Shown here: in pieces, positions 51,967-62,309 of the stretch | How the letters are laid out: each line of letters opens with the position of its first letter | How positions within the stretch are numbered: the first letter of the stretch is position 1 | Origin: an uncultured Pelagibacteraceae bacterium | Lineage (GTDB): Bacteria; Pseudomonadota; Alphaproteobacteria; Pelagibacterales; AG-422-B15 | Direction: 5' to 3' | Length of the DNA stretch: 64,000 nt | NCBI GenBank assembly: GCA_902521655.1 | Contig: CABYSM010000001.1 | Coordinates: forward strand, 30,478 to 94,477 | The notes under the pieces: model-generated | The model's database searches: none | Told to the model about the DNA's origin: nothing | What the model saw: the letters and a program-made list of their open reading frames with translations, nothing else | Made by a program: the position numbers and the translations under genes

Positions 51967-53774
51967 CCTGATTTTTTATCTTTTATTTCTTTAATAGGAG
52001 ATATATTTTCATCTTTAAGAACTTTTTCTTTAGTTTTACTTTTTTTTATAGTTGAAGTTTTTTTCTTGGGGGGAATTTTCTTTTTTGAAATTTTTCTCTT
52101 AACGCTTTTATCTTCCTTCTTAACTTTTGCAGATTCATCTATAAAACAAATTTCTGAATTGTCTAAACTTATATCTTCAAAAAAAGTTATTTTGACTTTT
52201 GAGTCGTCTTCAATTTTCTTTATTTCCGCAGTGAATTTATCAGCTAAATATTTTTTCATGAATGGATTTATATTCACAGATAAGGTTTTAAGCTTTTTAT
52301 TATTTATTTTCTCCTTAAATAAATATAGTAATTTTAGTGCACTTGAATGTTGACTTAGTTCAGTTCTCCATTCAATAAAACTCTGCCTTAATCTCTGTCT
52401 TGACATTTCTAGAAGTCCAAACTGACTAATTCTTGAAACTTGAGTTCTGGCTCTATCTCTTCTTACCAACTCCTTTACTTTCTTTTCTACCTGCCTATTA
52501 TTCCTCATCTCATACATATCAATGAAATCTATGACTATTAGTCCTGATAAATCTCGAATTTTAATTTGTTTAGCAATTTCAACAGCGGCTTCAAGATTGG
52601 TTTTCAAAGCAGTCTTTTCTATGTTCCTTTCTTTTGTTGCACCACCAGAATTAACATCAATTGCAACTAGTGCTTCAGTAGGATTTATTACTAAGTAGCC
52701 ACCAGATCTAAGTTTAACTTCAGGGTTGAACATTTTTATTATTTCGTTTTCAACCTTATATTTACTAAATATCGGTTCTTTGCTTTTATATTGTTTTACG
52801 AATTTGGCACAAGATGGCAGGAGCTGTGACATGTATTTTTTTGTTTCCTTATAAGATTCCTTACCTTCCACTAAAATATCTTTCATCTCTTTTGTATACA
52901 CATCTCGAAGCACCCTTCTTAGTAAATTTCCTTCCTCATGTATCAATGCAGGAGCAATAGCTTTTTTTGTCTCAGTTACAATCTCTACCCATAGTTTATT
53001 TAGTGTAGTGTAATCTTTTTTGATCTCATTTTTTGTCTTATTCAAGCCTGCTGTTCTTATAATTAGTCCCATTTCCAAAGGTACATTCAATTCATCAATT
53101 ATTTGTTTTAATTTATTTCTATCATCAGAAGTAGAAATCTTTCTTGAGATCCCCTTTGTCTTCGTTGAATTTGGCATCAGAACTGTATATTTGCCCGCTA
53201 ATGAAATATATGATGTAAGAGCAGCTCCTTTGTTGCCTCTTTCTTCTTTAACTACTTGAATAAGTATTAATTGACCTGTTTTAATTACCTCTTGTATTTT
53301 ATATGATCTATAGAGCTTTCTTTTTAGATTTGCACTTGATTTAAATTTTCTATTTTTTACAACCTTTTCATTGTCAGCTGAGCTATCGTCCTGATCGTTT
53401 TCTGTTGAAGCATTACTTTCTTCTTCTTCACCTTCTTTTCCTTCTTCATTCTCTTCAGCATTATTTTCAGTACTGTGTTCTTCTTCAATATCGGCCTCAG
53501 CTTCAATCAGCGCCTCCCTGTCTGCTACAGGAATTTGAAAATAATTTGGATGAATTTCACCAAACGCAAGAAAACCATTTTTTTCTGAGCCAATATCAAT
53601 AAATGCTGCCTGAAGTGAGGCTTCAATTCTAGATACTTTACCTAAATATATATTTCCTTTTAGATTTTTTTTGGAAGTAGATTCAAATTCAAAATCTTCG
53701 AGTCCATTTTCAGATAACAGAGCAACCTGCGTTTGACTATCTCTTGACCCGTCAATAAGTAATTTTTGAGACAT
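51951..53774 (-). CDS. rne: Ribonuclease E/G-family endoribonuclease (short RNase E)
   Basis: S1 domain GNIYLGKVSRIEASLQAAFIDIG, then KEERGNKGAALT, and the DNase I-like/Zn-link region VAIDVNSG. Lys-rich tail ends in GWWQK. Confidence 0.85.
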   Translation of the reverse strand: MSQKLLIDGSRDSQTQVALLSENGLEDFEFESTSKKNLKGNIYLGKVSRIEASLQAAFIDIGSEKNGFLAFGEIHPNYFQIPVADREALIEAEADIEEEHSTENNAEENEEGKEGEEEESNASTENDQDDSSADNEKVVKNRKFKSSANLKRKLYRSYKIQEVIKTGQLILIQVVKEERGNKGAALTSYISLAGKYTVLMPNSTKTKGISRKISTSDDRNKLKQIIDELNVPLEMGLIIRTAGLNKTKNEIKKDYTTLNKLWVEIVTETKKAIAPALIHEEGNLLRRVLRDVYTKEMKDILVEGKESYKETKKYMSQLLPSCAKFVKQYKSKEPIFSKYKVENEIIKMFNPEVKLRSGGYLVINPTEALVAIDVNSGGATKERNIEKTALKTNLEAAVEIAKQIKIRDLSGLIVIDFIDMYEMRNNRQVEKKVKELVRRDRARTQVSRISQFGLLEMSRQRLRQSFIEWRTELSQHSSALKLLYLFKEKINNKKLKTLSVNINPFMKKYLADKFTAEIKKIEDDSKVKITFFEDISLDNSEICFIDESAKVKKEDKSVKRKISKKKIPPKKKTSTIKKSKTKEKVLKDENISPIKEIKDKKSGWWQK

Positions 53775-53991
53775 TTATAGAAACCTTTCAATGATATGAC
53801 TATGTTAAATAGTCGAGAATATTTTTTTTGTAATGCGTTTTTGTGTATCATAGTAAATATGTAAGTGTATGATTTATTGATATATTTTTAACTATAAAAA
53901 TCAATATTTATTTTAATAATATAGCAAGAATTACAAATTTGGCTGTATAGCCAAACGAATGCCATAATTATATTAATATTAATAACTTATT

Positions 53992-56388
53992 ATGAATCTT
54001 ATTTATTACCATATTAAATATCTACTGTATTCTCTAATGGCATTTATATTTTGCCTTTTTGTATTAATTGCTTACTTCTCGTTCCAACTTCCTGACGACT
54101 CTAATTTGAAAAGTTATAAACCAGACGTAATGACGCGAATCCACGACTCTAATGGTCAATTAGTAAAAGAATTTTCAAGGGAATATAGAATATTTGTTCC
54201 AATAGAAAATATCCCAGACAGTCTTAAAAATGCATTTATTTCCGCTGAAGATAAAAATTTTTATAATCATATTGGAATTGATCCCACTGGAATATTAAGA
54301 GCTATAATTAAAAATACTTATTATTTCTTTTCAGATAAAAGACCTGAGGGAGCGTCTACTATTACACAACAAGTTGCAAAAAACTTCTTATTGAATGATG
54401 AACTATCTCTCAGTAGAAAAGCAAAAGAAGCATTGTTGGCAATAAAAATTGATACAACTCTATCTAAATCGAGAATTTTAGAACTATACTTAAATCAAAT
54501 TTATTTAGGTTATGGAACATATGGTGTCGCAGCTGCTTCGAATAGATACTTTAAGAAATCTTTAGAGGAATTAGATTTGTCTGAAGTTTCTTTTCTAGCC
54601 GCACTTCCTAAAGCACCAAGTAGATATAACCCTAAAAAAAATTATAAAAAGTCTTTTGATAGAAGAAACTGGGTTTTAAAAAGAATGTATATCAACAAAT
54701 TTATAACTGAGGAAGAGTATAAGACTTCTATCAAAAAAACTATTCAAATTGCTGCTAAAGAAAAAAACCCTATTTTTTCATCTGATTATTATTTAGAAGA
54801 AATTAGAAAGCAAATAATCAAAGCGTACGGTGACGATTTTCTTTACACAGGAGGGCTTTCTGTTAGATCATCACTTGATACCTCAACTCAAAGTATAGCT
54901 GACCTCGCATTAAAATCTGGTTTATTAGAATATGATAAAAGAAATGGATATAGAGGAGTTATTGATAATAATGCAAATACAAGCTGGTTCAATGAACATA
55001 CTGGAAAGGACCAGCCACATAATTTCTTTATAGCAAGAGTTATTAAACTTGATGAATTGAAAGGAAGAGTTGATATTGAGGTAGTGAAGGGCGAAGATAT
55101 TGTTCAGGGACACTTATTAAATTTTAATTGGGCAAGGAGGAGTCTTGGAAATGGTTATCTTGGTCCAAAAATAAATAAAGCAAATGATGTTTTTAACAAG
55201 CATGACATTATCCATGTATCTTTTGATAAAGGAAATTCATATAATTTAGAACAAGTTCCAAAAATCAATGGTGCAATTATTGTTATGGACCCGCACACAG
55301 GAAGAGTTTTTGCATTATCGGGTGGATTTGATTTTAATGAAAGTAATTTTAATCGAGTATATCAGGCGAAGAGACAGCCAGGCTCATCGTTCAAGCCATT
55401 TGTATACATGGCAGCACTAGAAAATGGGTTGCAACCAAATAGCTTGATACTCGACGCGCCTTTTGTTTTAGATCAGGGAAAAGGGCGTGCAAAGTGGAAA
55501 CCAGAAAATTATGGAAAGAAATTTTATGGACCTTCAACTTTACGAAAAGGTGTTGAAAATTCTAGAAACTTAATGACAATAAGAATCGCACAATATCTTG
55601 GCATGGATCAAATATCTGAATTAGCTGAGAGAACAAACATAATGCCTAATATGCCATCTGTGCTGTCAATGGCATTGGGTGCAGGAGAAACATCTCTATT
55701 CAAACTCACAACTGCTTACGCTTCATTTGTAAATGGTGGAAAAAAAGTTCAAGGTACTCTAATAGATAGGATACAAGACCGAAGAGGAAAGAATATTTTT
55801 GTTAATGATCAAGTTGTATGCAGTAATTGTGATATGCCATATATTGAAGAAATTCCTAAGCCCAATATCGTTAATAAGTCTGAAATTATTTTTAATGAGC
55901 AGAAAGCTTATCAAATGGTCTCAATTTTAAAAGGAGCAGTAGACAGAGGCACTGGAAGAAAAACTAAAATTGAAGGAATTGAAATAGCTGGTAAAACTGG
56001 CACCACCAACAATAATACAGATGCTTGGTTCATAGGTTTTACATCTGATGTCATAGTTGGTGTTTATACTGGTTACGATATACCTAAATCATTAGGAAAG
56101 AGAGAAACTGGATCGTCCGTGGCAGTTCCAATTTTTAAAAATTTTATAAATAATTACTATGAGAACAAGAAAGCCCTACCTTTTATAATACCTGCGGGTG
56201 TAGAATTGATAAAAATTGATTATGACACAGGACAAATTTCAAATAAAATAAAAGATACTAAAACAATATATGAAGCATTTGGAAAAAATGATAATCTATC
56301 GAACTCAAAGGAAACACTAGTAGGCTCAGAAGGTTTTCAAATCATTGAGATTGATGCTAGTGAAGAAAATGAATTTTTGATTTATTAA
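53992..56388 (+). CDS. mrcA: Penicillin-binding protein 1A (bifunctional transglycosylase/transpeptidase)
   Basis: GT51 motifs ISAEDKNFYNHIGID, GASTITQQ and RKAKE. Transpeptidase motifs SSFKPF (SxxK), SRN and KTGT. Confidence 0.9.
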   Translation: MNLIYYHIKYLLYSLMAFIFCLFVLIAYFSFQLPDDSNLKSYKPDVMTRIHDSNGQLVKEFSREYRIFVPIENIPDSLKNAFISAEDKNFYNHIGIDPTGILRAIIKNTYYFFSDKRPEGASTITQQVAKNFLLNDELSLSRKAKEALLAIKIDTTLSKSRILELYLNQIYLGYGTYGVAAASNRYFKKSLEELDLSEVSFLAALPKAPSRYNPKKNYKKSFDRRNWVLKRMYINKFITEEEYKTSIKKTIQIAAKEKNPIFSSDYYLEEIRKQIIKAYGDDFLYTGGLSVRSSLDTSTQSIADLALKSGLLEYDKRNGYRGVIDNNANTSWFNEHTGKDQPHNFFIARVIKLDELKGRVDIEVVKGEDIVQGHLLNFNWARRSLGNGYLGPKINKANDVFNKHDIIHVSFDKGNSYNLEQVPKINGAIIVMDPHTGRVFALSGGFDFNESNFNRVYQAKRQPGSSFKPFVYMAALENGLQPNSLILDAPFVLDQGKGRAKWKPENYGKKFYGPSTLRKGVENSRNLMTIRIAQYLGMDQISELAERTNIMPNMPSVLSMALGAGETSLFKLTTAYASFVNGGKKVQGTLIDRIQDRRGKNIFVNDQVVCSNCDMPYIEEIPKPNIVNKSEIIFNEQKAYQMVSILKGAVDRGTGRKTKIEGIEIAGKTGTTNNNTDAWFIGFTSDVIVGVYTGYDIPKSLGKRETGSSVAVPIFKNFINNYYENKKALPFIIPAGVELIKIDYDTGQISNKIKDTKTIYEAFGKNDNLSNSKETLVGSEGFQIIEIDASEENEFLIY

Positions 56389-56390
56389 AA

Positions 56391-57477
56391 ATGGATATTG
56401 AATTTACAAATTTAATCGGTCTTGCAAATGAAAAGCTGAATTTTATTCGGAGCCATCTTTGACGCTGACAAAATAACAAAACAATTAATTAACCTCAGAA
56501 ATAAAACAGAAGATCAAGATTTTTGGTCTGATCCTGATGCAGCTAAAAAAGTTATGATGAGCATCAGCGAAAACGAAAATAAGATAAATCTTATAAGTGA
56601 CTTTGAAAATAAAATATCTGAGGTAAATGATTATTACAATCTTGCTAAGGAAGAATCTGATGAAGCGTCAATTAATGAATGTCACACAGCGATAAATGCT
56701 ATTTTATCTGAACTAGAAGATAATGAATTTAAGTTACAATTTAACGGTGAGGCTGATGGTAAGAGTTGTTATTTAGAGATACACGCTGGTGCTGGCGGTA
56801 CCGAGAGTCAGGACTGGGCACAAATGCTTTTAAGAATGTATATGCGATGGGCTGAAAAGAAAAAATTTAAATTTAAATTAATGTATGAATCTCTAGGTGA
56901 TGAAGCAGGGATCAAATCATGTACCGCGTTAATAGAAGGCAGTTTTGCTTTTGGTTATCTAAAAAGAGAGTCGGGTATTCATCGACTAGTTAGAATTTCT
57001 CCATTTGACTCGAATTCACGAAGACATACTAGTTTTTCAAGTGTGTGGATTTCCCCATTTGTAGATGAGACTATTGAAGTTAACTTGTTAGATAAAGACT
57101 TGAGAATTGACACATTTAGGGCTTCAGGTGCTGGTGGTCAACATGTGAACACCACAGATAGTGCTATACGAATTACACATATTCCAACTGGTATAGTTGT
57201 TCAATGTCAAAATGAAAGATCGCAGCACAAGAATAAGGCAACGGCTATAAATTTACTCAAATCTAAACTATATGAAATAGAAGTGCAAAAAATGGATGAT
57301 GAACGTAAAGCTAAAGAAGATAAAAAATCTGAAATTGGTTGGGGAAATCAAATAAGATCCTATGTGTTGCATCCCTATAGAATGGTTAAAGATTTAAGAA
57401 GTAATTATGAAATATCAGACCCAGACGCTGTACTAGACGGTGACATAGATAAGCTATTATTTTCAAATTTAAAATGA
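56391..57477 (+). CDS. prfB: Peptide chain release factor 2, requires a programmed +1 frameshift: join(56391..56459,56461..57477)
   Basis: Frame 0 reads MDIEFTNLIGLANEKLNFIRSHL and then hits TGA at 56460. The +1 frame continues DADKITKQLINLRNKTEDQDFWSDP... into the 307-aa track ORF, which carries the RISPFDS (SPF) and GGQ (SGAGGQHVN) motifs. Confidence 0.93.
56449..56463 (+). other. prfB +1 recoding site: SD-like GGAG, 4-nt spacer, CTT TGA C
   Basis: The sequence GGAGCCATCTTTGAC was read directly. CTT-TGA-C is the conserved RF2 autoregulatory shift site. Confidence 0.85.
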
Positions 57478-57481
57478 AACA

Positions 57482-59941
57482 GTGAGTAAAAAACTTTTAT
57501 TTTTATATATCACTTCTTCATTCTTAGCAGTGATTACTCTAGTAACTATTGGCCTTACCATGAAAGTAATATTTGGCGGTTTAAACATCAATTTTTTAGA
57601 GCAACGATTATCGTCATACTTAAAGAATGAACATAAAATCATCTTAAAATCTGACGATTTCATATTAATGCATAGTCAAGATAATGGTTTATTTATTGAT
57701 GTTTCAAAAGCAGATTTATCCCTAGGTGATAAAACATTATTAAGTACAGATCAAATCATAATTGATTTTGATTTGATTGATCTACTTTTTAACAAAGAAA
57801 ATAAGTTTATAACAGTAATGATTGACGAGATTGTTATCAAATCGGCTCAGTTAAGTAAAGAAATTGTTTTGCAGGAAAGCGTATTAGAAATAAAAGCTAA
57901 TTCTCTTAGAAATATAAAGAATTCAGAAATTTCTACGTCATCAGCTTTAATGACTGGTGATGATATATCTTATGAAAAATTTTATTTTGATTTTACTTAT
58001 GATTTTGTAAATAGGAAATTGAAGATCTCAGGCTTTAATTATGGGGATATATTTATATCCGGACCAAGTTATATAAAATTCAATTTGGAAAAAAAATTGT
58101 GGCAATCAAAAATAGAAATTAAAGCAAAAAAAGAACCTCTCAAAAAACTTCTAAATATAACTAATAACACAGAATTAGATAAAATTGTTTCAGGTTTTAT
58201 TGGATGGCAGTCTGTTACAGTGACATCAGAATTCAAGTTTATAAATAAATCACTTTTAAATGATTTTGTTGGAGGAATGAAATTAAATCTTTCAGGTATT
58301 TATGAACTAAAAGAAATACTCCCAATAAATGAATTTTATAAAAACCTTGGAAACATTACTTCTTATAATATAAATTTGGAGAAGCTTGATGATCAATTTA
58401 AAATTAAAATTTTAAATTTTAAAAATGATAAAGTCACATTTAAAAATGGAAGTTATATAATCGTAGATGACAACTTGCAGAATTCCAAAGTTAATTTAAT
58501 AACTTCAGTAAGCAAAAAGGCAGTTACAGACTACATAAATACGTCAATCTCATCTAGAGAGGGCAATACAAATAGAGCTTTAGATTTTTTTAAGAAAAAT
58601 TTAAACGAGGAAAATAATTTAGTATTAAATTTTAACTTTAATCCGCAATCTAATGATATTCAGAATTCTATTTTAAACCTTAAAATCAAATCACAAGGAA
58701 CAATTAATTCTAATTTTATATTTGATGATAACGAAAACCCAAATTATACGTCCGGATCAATAAGTTATGATATTCAAATAAATAATTATTTAGAAGACAA
58801 TCCAATAATAAAAGGTGAGTTAGATTTAACGAGTATTAACGCCTTTATCAGACAAATAAATCTAAAAAAATTAGACAACGAAGTTTTAAAAATTAACTTT
58901 GACTCAAACATACAAGATAGTAGTGATAGTGAGATAACTTTTAAATCCATTGATAGTCAAATTGAGCTTGATGGAAAAATCAGGATTTCTAAAACAAACC
59001 ACCTTTACCTGGACTCATTAAAGCTTAACAATAGTAAAAATGTAAAAATTAATATTTCAGGTGATTTGTCTAAACGAATATTGAATCTTTCTATTCATGG
59101 CGAAATGATTGACTTATCAATGAATAAGATTTCGACTAATAAAAAGATTAAAGAACACTATCTTTCAAAAGAGAATTATAAAATAAAAACAGATAAAGTA
59201 ATCTTTGCAGGTGGTGTGAAAGTTAATGATTTTAAAGCAGGAATACTAAAACAAGGGGAGCTATTATCAGTAAATAGCAAAGCTAGCATTAATAATCATA
59301 CTTTAAATTACTCACGAGAAAAAAATGAAGAGGTTGACATTAATCTTATAAGTTCGAGTGATATTACACATTTTGTACATAACAAGCATCCTGCCAAAAA
59401 ACTTTTAAGTGACGGAGAGTTAAAAATGAAATCTGTTCGTGATTTGAGCACAATGGATGCTAGAGTTGATATTGATCTAAAAGATTTTGTGTTAATAAAT
59501 ACACCTGCTTCATTAAAAATCTTATCACTTCCATCAATTTCAGGTTTAGTGAGCATTGCCGAAGGAGAAGAGGGTATCCGGTTTGGTTATGGCCAAATAA
59601 GTTACACCGAAAATGAAAAAATTTTTAATAATATTAATGCATTCGCAGTAAGTGACAGTATTGGCTTGGTCATGGATGGCGAAATTCAACGAGAGAAATC
59701 TATAGTTGATATGTCTGGAGAAATAAGTCCTATGTATTTGGTTAATGCCATAATTCAGAATGTACCAATTATTGGGCCCATTATTATTGGTGATGAGGGG
59801 GAAGGGCTATTTTCTATTGACTTTAGTTTAAAGGGTGATGTCGACGATCCAAAAGTTTCATCTAACCCGCTCACAATAATTAAGCCACGTATTATTGAAA
59901 GAGCATTAGAGATATTTAATTCAAATCAAATTATTCAATAG
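57482..59941 (+). CDS. Large membrane-anchored protein, AsmA/YhdP-like (DUF3971-type C-terminus)
   Basis: 819 aa with a GTG start, an N-terminal TM (LLFLYITSSFLAVITLVTIGL) and a long beta-rich body. The C-terminal block VPIIGPIIIGDEGEGLFSIDFSLKGDVDDPKVSSNPLTIIKP resembles the AsmA-like C-terminal region. The family call comes from memory of that motif. Confidence 0.5.
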   Translation: MSKKLLFLYITSSFLAVITLVTIGLTMKVIFGGLNINFLEQRLSSYLKNEHKIILKSDDFILMHSQDNGLFIDVSKADLSLGDKTLLSTDQIIIDFDLIDLLFNKENKFITVMIDEIVIKSAQLSKEIVLQESVLEIKANSLRNIKNSEISTSSALMTGDDISYEKFYFDFTYDFVNRKLKISGFNYGDIFISGPSYIKFNLEKKLWQSKIEIKAKKEPLKKLLNITNNTELDKIVSGFIGWQSVTVTSEFKFINKSLLNDFVGGMKLNLSGIYELKEILPINEFYKNLGNITSYNINLEKLDDQFKIKILNFKNDKVTFKNGSYIIVDDNLQNSKVNLITSVSKKAVTDYINTSISSREGNTNRALDFFKKNLNEENNLVLNFNFNPQSNDIQNSILNLKIKSQGTINSNFIFDDNENPNYTSGSISYDIQINNYLEDNPIIKGELDLTSINAFIRQINLKKLDNEVLKINFDSNIQDSSDSEITFKSIDSQIELDGKIRISKTNHLYLDSLKLNNSKNVKINISGDLSKRILNLSIHGEMIDLSMNKISTNKKIKEHYLSKENYKIKTDKVIFAGGVKVNDFKAGILKQGELLSVNSKASINNHTLNYSREKNEEVDINLISSSDITHFVHNKHPAKKLLSDGELKMKSVRDLSTMDARVDIDLKDFVLINTPASLKILSLPSISGLVSIAEGEEGIRFGYGQISYTENEKIFNNINAFAVSDSIGLVMDGEIQREKSIVDMSGEISPMYLVNAIIQNVPIIGPIIIGDEGEGLFSIDFSLKGDVDDPKVSSNPLTIIKPRIIERALEIFNSNQIIQ

Positions 59942-61172
59942 TAACAACTCTAAAGTATTTTTTTTTGCCAACACTTATGACAAGTCCACTTGAGCTATCG
60001 CTTAGTAATGTGTTAATTGAAAAATGTTCATCTTTTATGAGTTCTTTATCAATTTTTACAGCATTGCCTCGGATAAGTTTTCTGCTGGCAGATTTTGAAG
60101 AAGCAAACTTCATTCTTAAAATAAGATCAGAAAGCAGGACTTCATTGCTTAATTCTTCTGATTTTAGTTTTATGATCGGTAAATCTGCATCTAGATAGTT
60201 ATTAGTAAAAATATCTTTAGCGGTTTCTTGAGATTTTTTTGCCTCATCAAGACCATGAAGCATAGCCGTGGCTTCGTTGGCTAATATTATTTTGGTTTCA
60301 TTTATATTATCGGCATTTTCTCTTTCTATAGTCTCAATTTCTTTTTTGTCTAGATCAGTAAATAGTTTTAAAAACCTTATAACATCTCGGTCATCTGTGT
60401 TTCTCCAAAACTGCCAATAATCATATGCAGATAACATGTCTTCATTAAGCCATACAGCTCCATCTGCTGTTTTACCCATTTTATCACCATTAGCATTAGT
60501 CAATAAAGGTGTAGTTAATCCAAAAGTTTCCTTCCCACTTGCTCTTCTTATTAACTCAACGCCATTTACAATATTACCCCATTGATCTGATCCACCTATT
60601 TGAAGGATACAGTTGTCTCTATTATTTAATTCAAAGAAATCGTAAGCTTGAAATATCATATAATTAAATTCAACAAAATTAAGCGACTGTTCTCTATCAA
60701 GTCTAATTTTAACACTATCAAAGCTTAACATTTTATTAATTGTAAAATGTTTGCCATAATCTCTGAGGAAGCTGACATAATTTAGTTTGTCTAACCATTC
60801 AGAATTATCTCTAGTTATCCATATAGAATCCTCATTATCCGATAAAAGAAATCTATCAAAGACCTGTTTTAGATTTTTTGCATTCAAGTCTATTTCATCA
60901 TCAGATAATATTTTTCTTGTTTCATCTTTGCCTGATGGATCTCCTATTCGTGTTGTACCTTTTCCGATAAGAACAATCGGTGTATGGCCATACTTTTGAA
61001 AAAGCCTCATTATCATAATTTGAATAAGACTTCCTACATGTAAGGATTTAGCCGTACAATCAAAACCGATATAAAATTTTATCTTGTTTGAATTAATTAT
61101 TTCATTCAAAGTTTCTTCATTGGTACACTGATTAAGGAAACCACGAAATTTTAATTCTTCAATTAATGTCAT
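59931..61172 (-). CDS. tyrS: Tyrosyl-tRNA synthetase
   Basis: HIGH-type HVGSL, KMSKS-type KMGKT, and a C-terminal S4-like domain. Confidence 0.95.
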   Translation of the reverse strand: MTLIEELKFRGFLNQCTNEETLNEIINSNKIKFYIGFDCTAKSLHVGSLIQIMIMRLFQKYGHTPIVLIGKGTTRIGDPSGKDETRKILSDDEIDLNAKNLKQVFDRFLLSDNEDSIWITRDNSEWLDKLNYVSFLRDYGKHFTINKMLSFDSVKIRLDREQSLNFVEFNYMIFQAYDFFELNNRDNCILQIGGSDQWGNIVNGVELIRRASGKETFGLTTPLLTNANGDKMGKTADGAVWLNEDMLSAYDYWQFWRNTDDRDVIRFLKLFTDLDKKEIETIERENADNINETKIILANEATAMLHGLDEAKKSQETAKDIFTNNYLDADLPIIKLKSEELSNEVLLSDLILRMKFASSKSASRKLIRGNAVKIDKELIKDEHFSINTLLSDSSSGLVISVGKKKYFRVVTIE

Positions 61173-61225
61173 TTTCTTTATTTTTCACTAATATATAAAT
61201 TATTTGCAATGATTATACAAAATAT

Positions 61226-62309
61226 ATGATTAAGAATAAGTTTTTAGCCGTTGGGGTAATGAGTGGTACTTCTATGGATGGCATTGATATCTCTCTTATT
61301 TTATCAGATGGCAAAAAATCTTATAAACACCTTAAATCAAAGTTTTATAGTTATAAGAAATCTACAAAAACAATTTTATCAAAACTTGTAGATTCGTTTT
61401 CAGTCTCTAAACATTCATTAGCACTTATTAGCAGTACTGAAGAATTAGTGACTTTTGAATTTATTACTGCACTCAAAAATTTTCTAAAAGATCAGAGCCT
61501 ATCAAAGATAGATTTGATAGCATTACATGGTCAAACTGTATTTCATGACCCTATAAACAAATCATCTATACAGCTTTGTGACGAACTAAAAATTAAAAGT
61601 AGTCTTAAATTACCTATCGTTAATGATTTCAGACAAAAAGATTTGTCTTTGGGGGGGGCAAGGTGCTCCACTTACTCCAATATTTCACAAGTTGCTTACG
61701 CAAAAATTAGAAATTACTCCGCCAGTATGTTTTGTCAATATTGGTGGAATATCAAACATAACAGTTATAGATGACCAAAAATATATTTATGCTTATGACA
61801 CTGGTCCAGGCATGTGTCTTCTAGATCAATACATGGTTCTAAAGAAAAAAATTAACTTTGATAAAGGCGGTAAACATTCCTTAAAAGGAAATGTAAATCC
61901 AAAAATTCTCAAGAAACTAATGAGTGATAAATATTTTCTTAAAAAAAAGAATAAATCTTTAGATCGTAATTATTTTTCTCTCAATCCATTTATGAAATTA
62001 AACTTTAATGATGCCTGTGCAACAATCTCAGCATTTACTGCCCACACAATAATAAAAGAAGCTAATAGATTTAAAGCAAAATATTTAATTGTTTCAGGCG
62101 GTGGATCAAAAAATAAATATGTGATCAAATTAATGCAGGAGAACTTTAAGGGCAAACTATGCACTGCGGATCATTTAAATTTAAATTCAGATTTTATTGA
62201 GTCACAGGCGTTTGCCTATTTGGGCATTAGAAGAATAAAAAATCTTCCGATCTCATTTCCTAGAACTACTGGTGTAAAATATTCTGTAACGGGAGGTAAG
62301 GTAAATTAA
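61226..62309 (+). pseudogene. anmK: Anhydro-N-acetylmuramic acid kinase, frame broken at a G8 run (61651-61658)
   Basis: ORF 61226-61774 starts with GVMSGTSMDGID. ORF 61623-62309 in the +1 frame continues GGQGAPLTPIFH...NIGGISN. Removing one G restores a single 360-aa AnmK-length protein reading ...DLSLGGQGAPL.... Confidence 0.85.
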
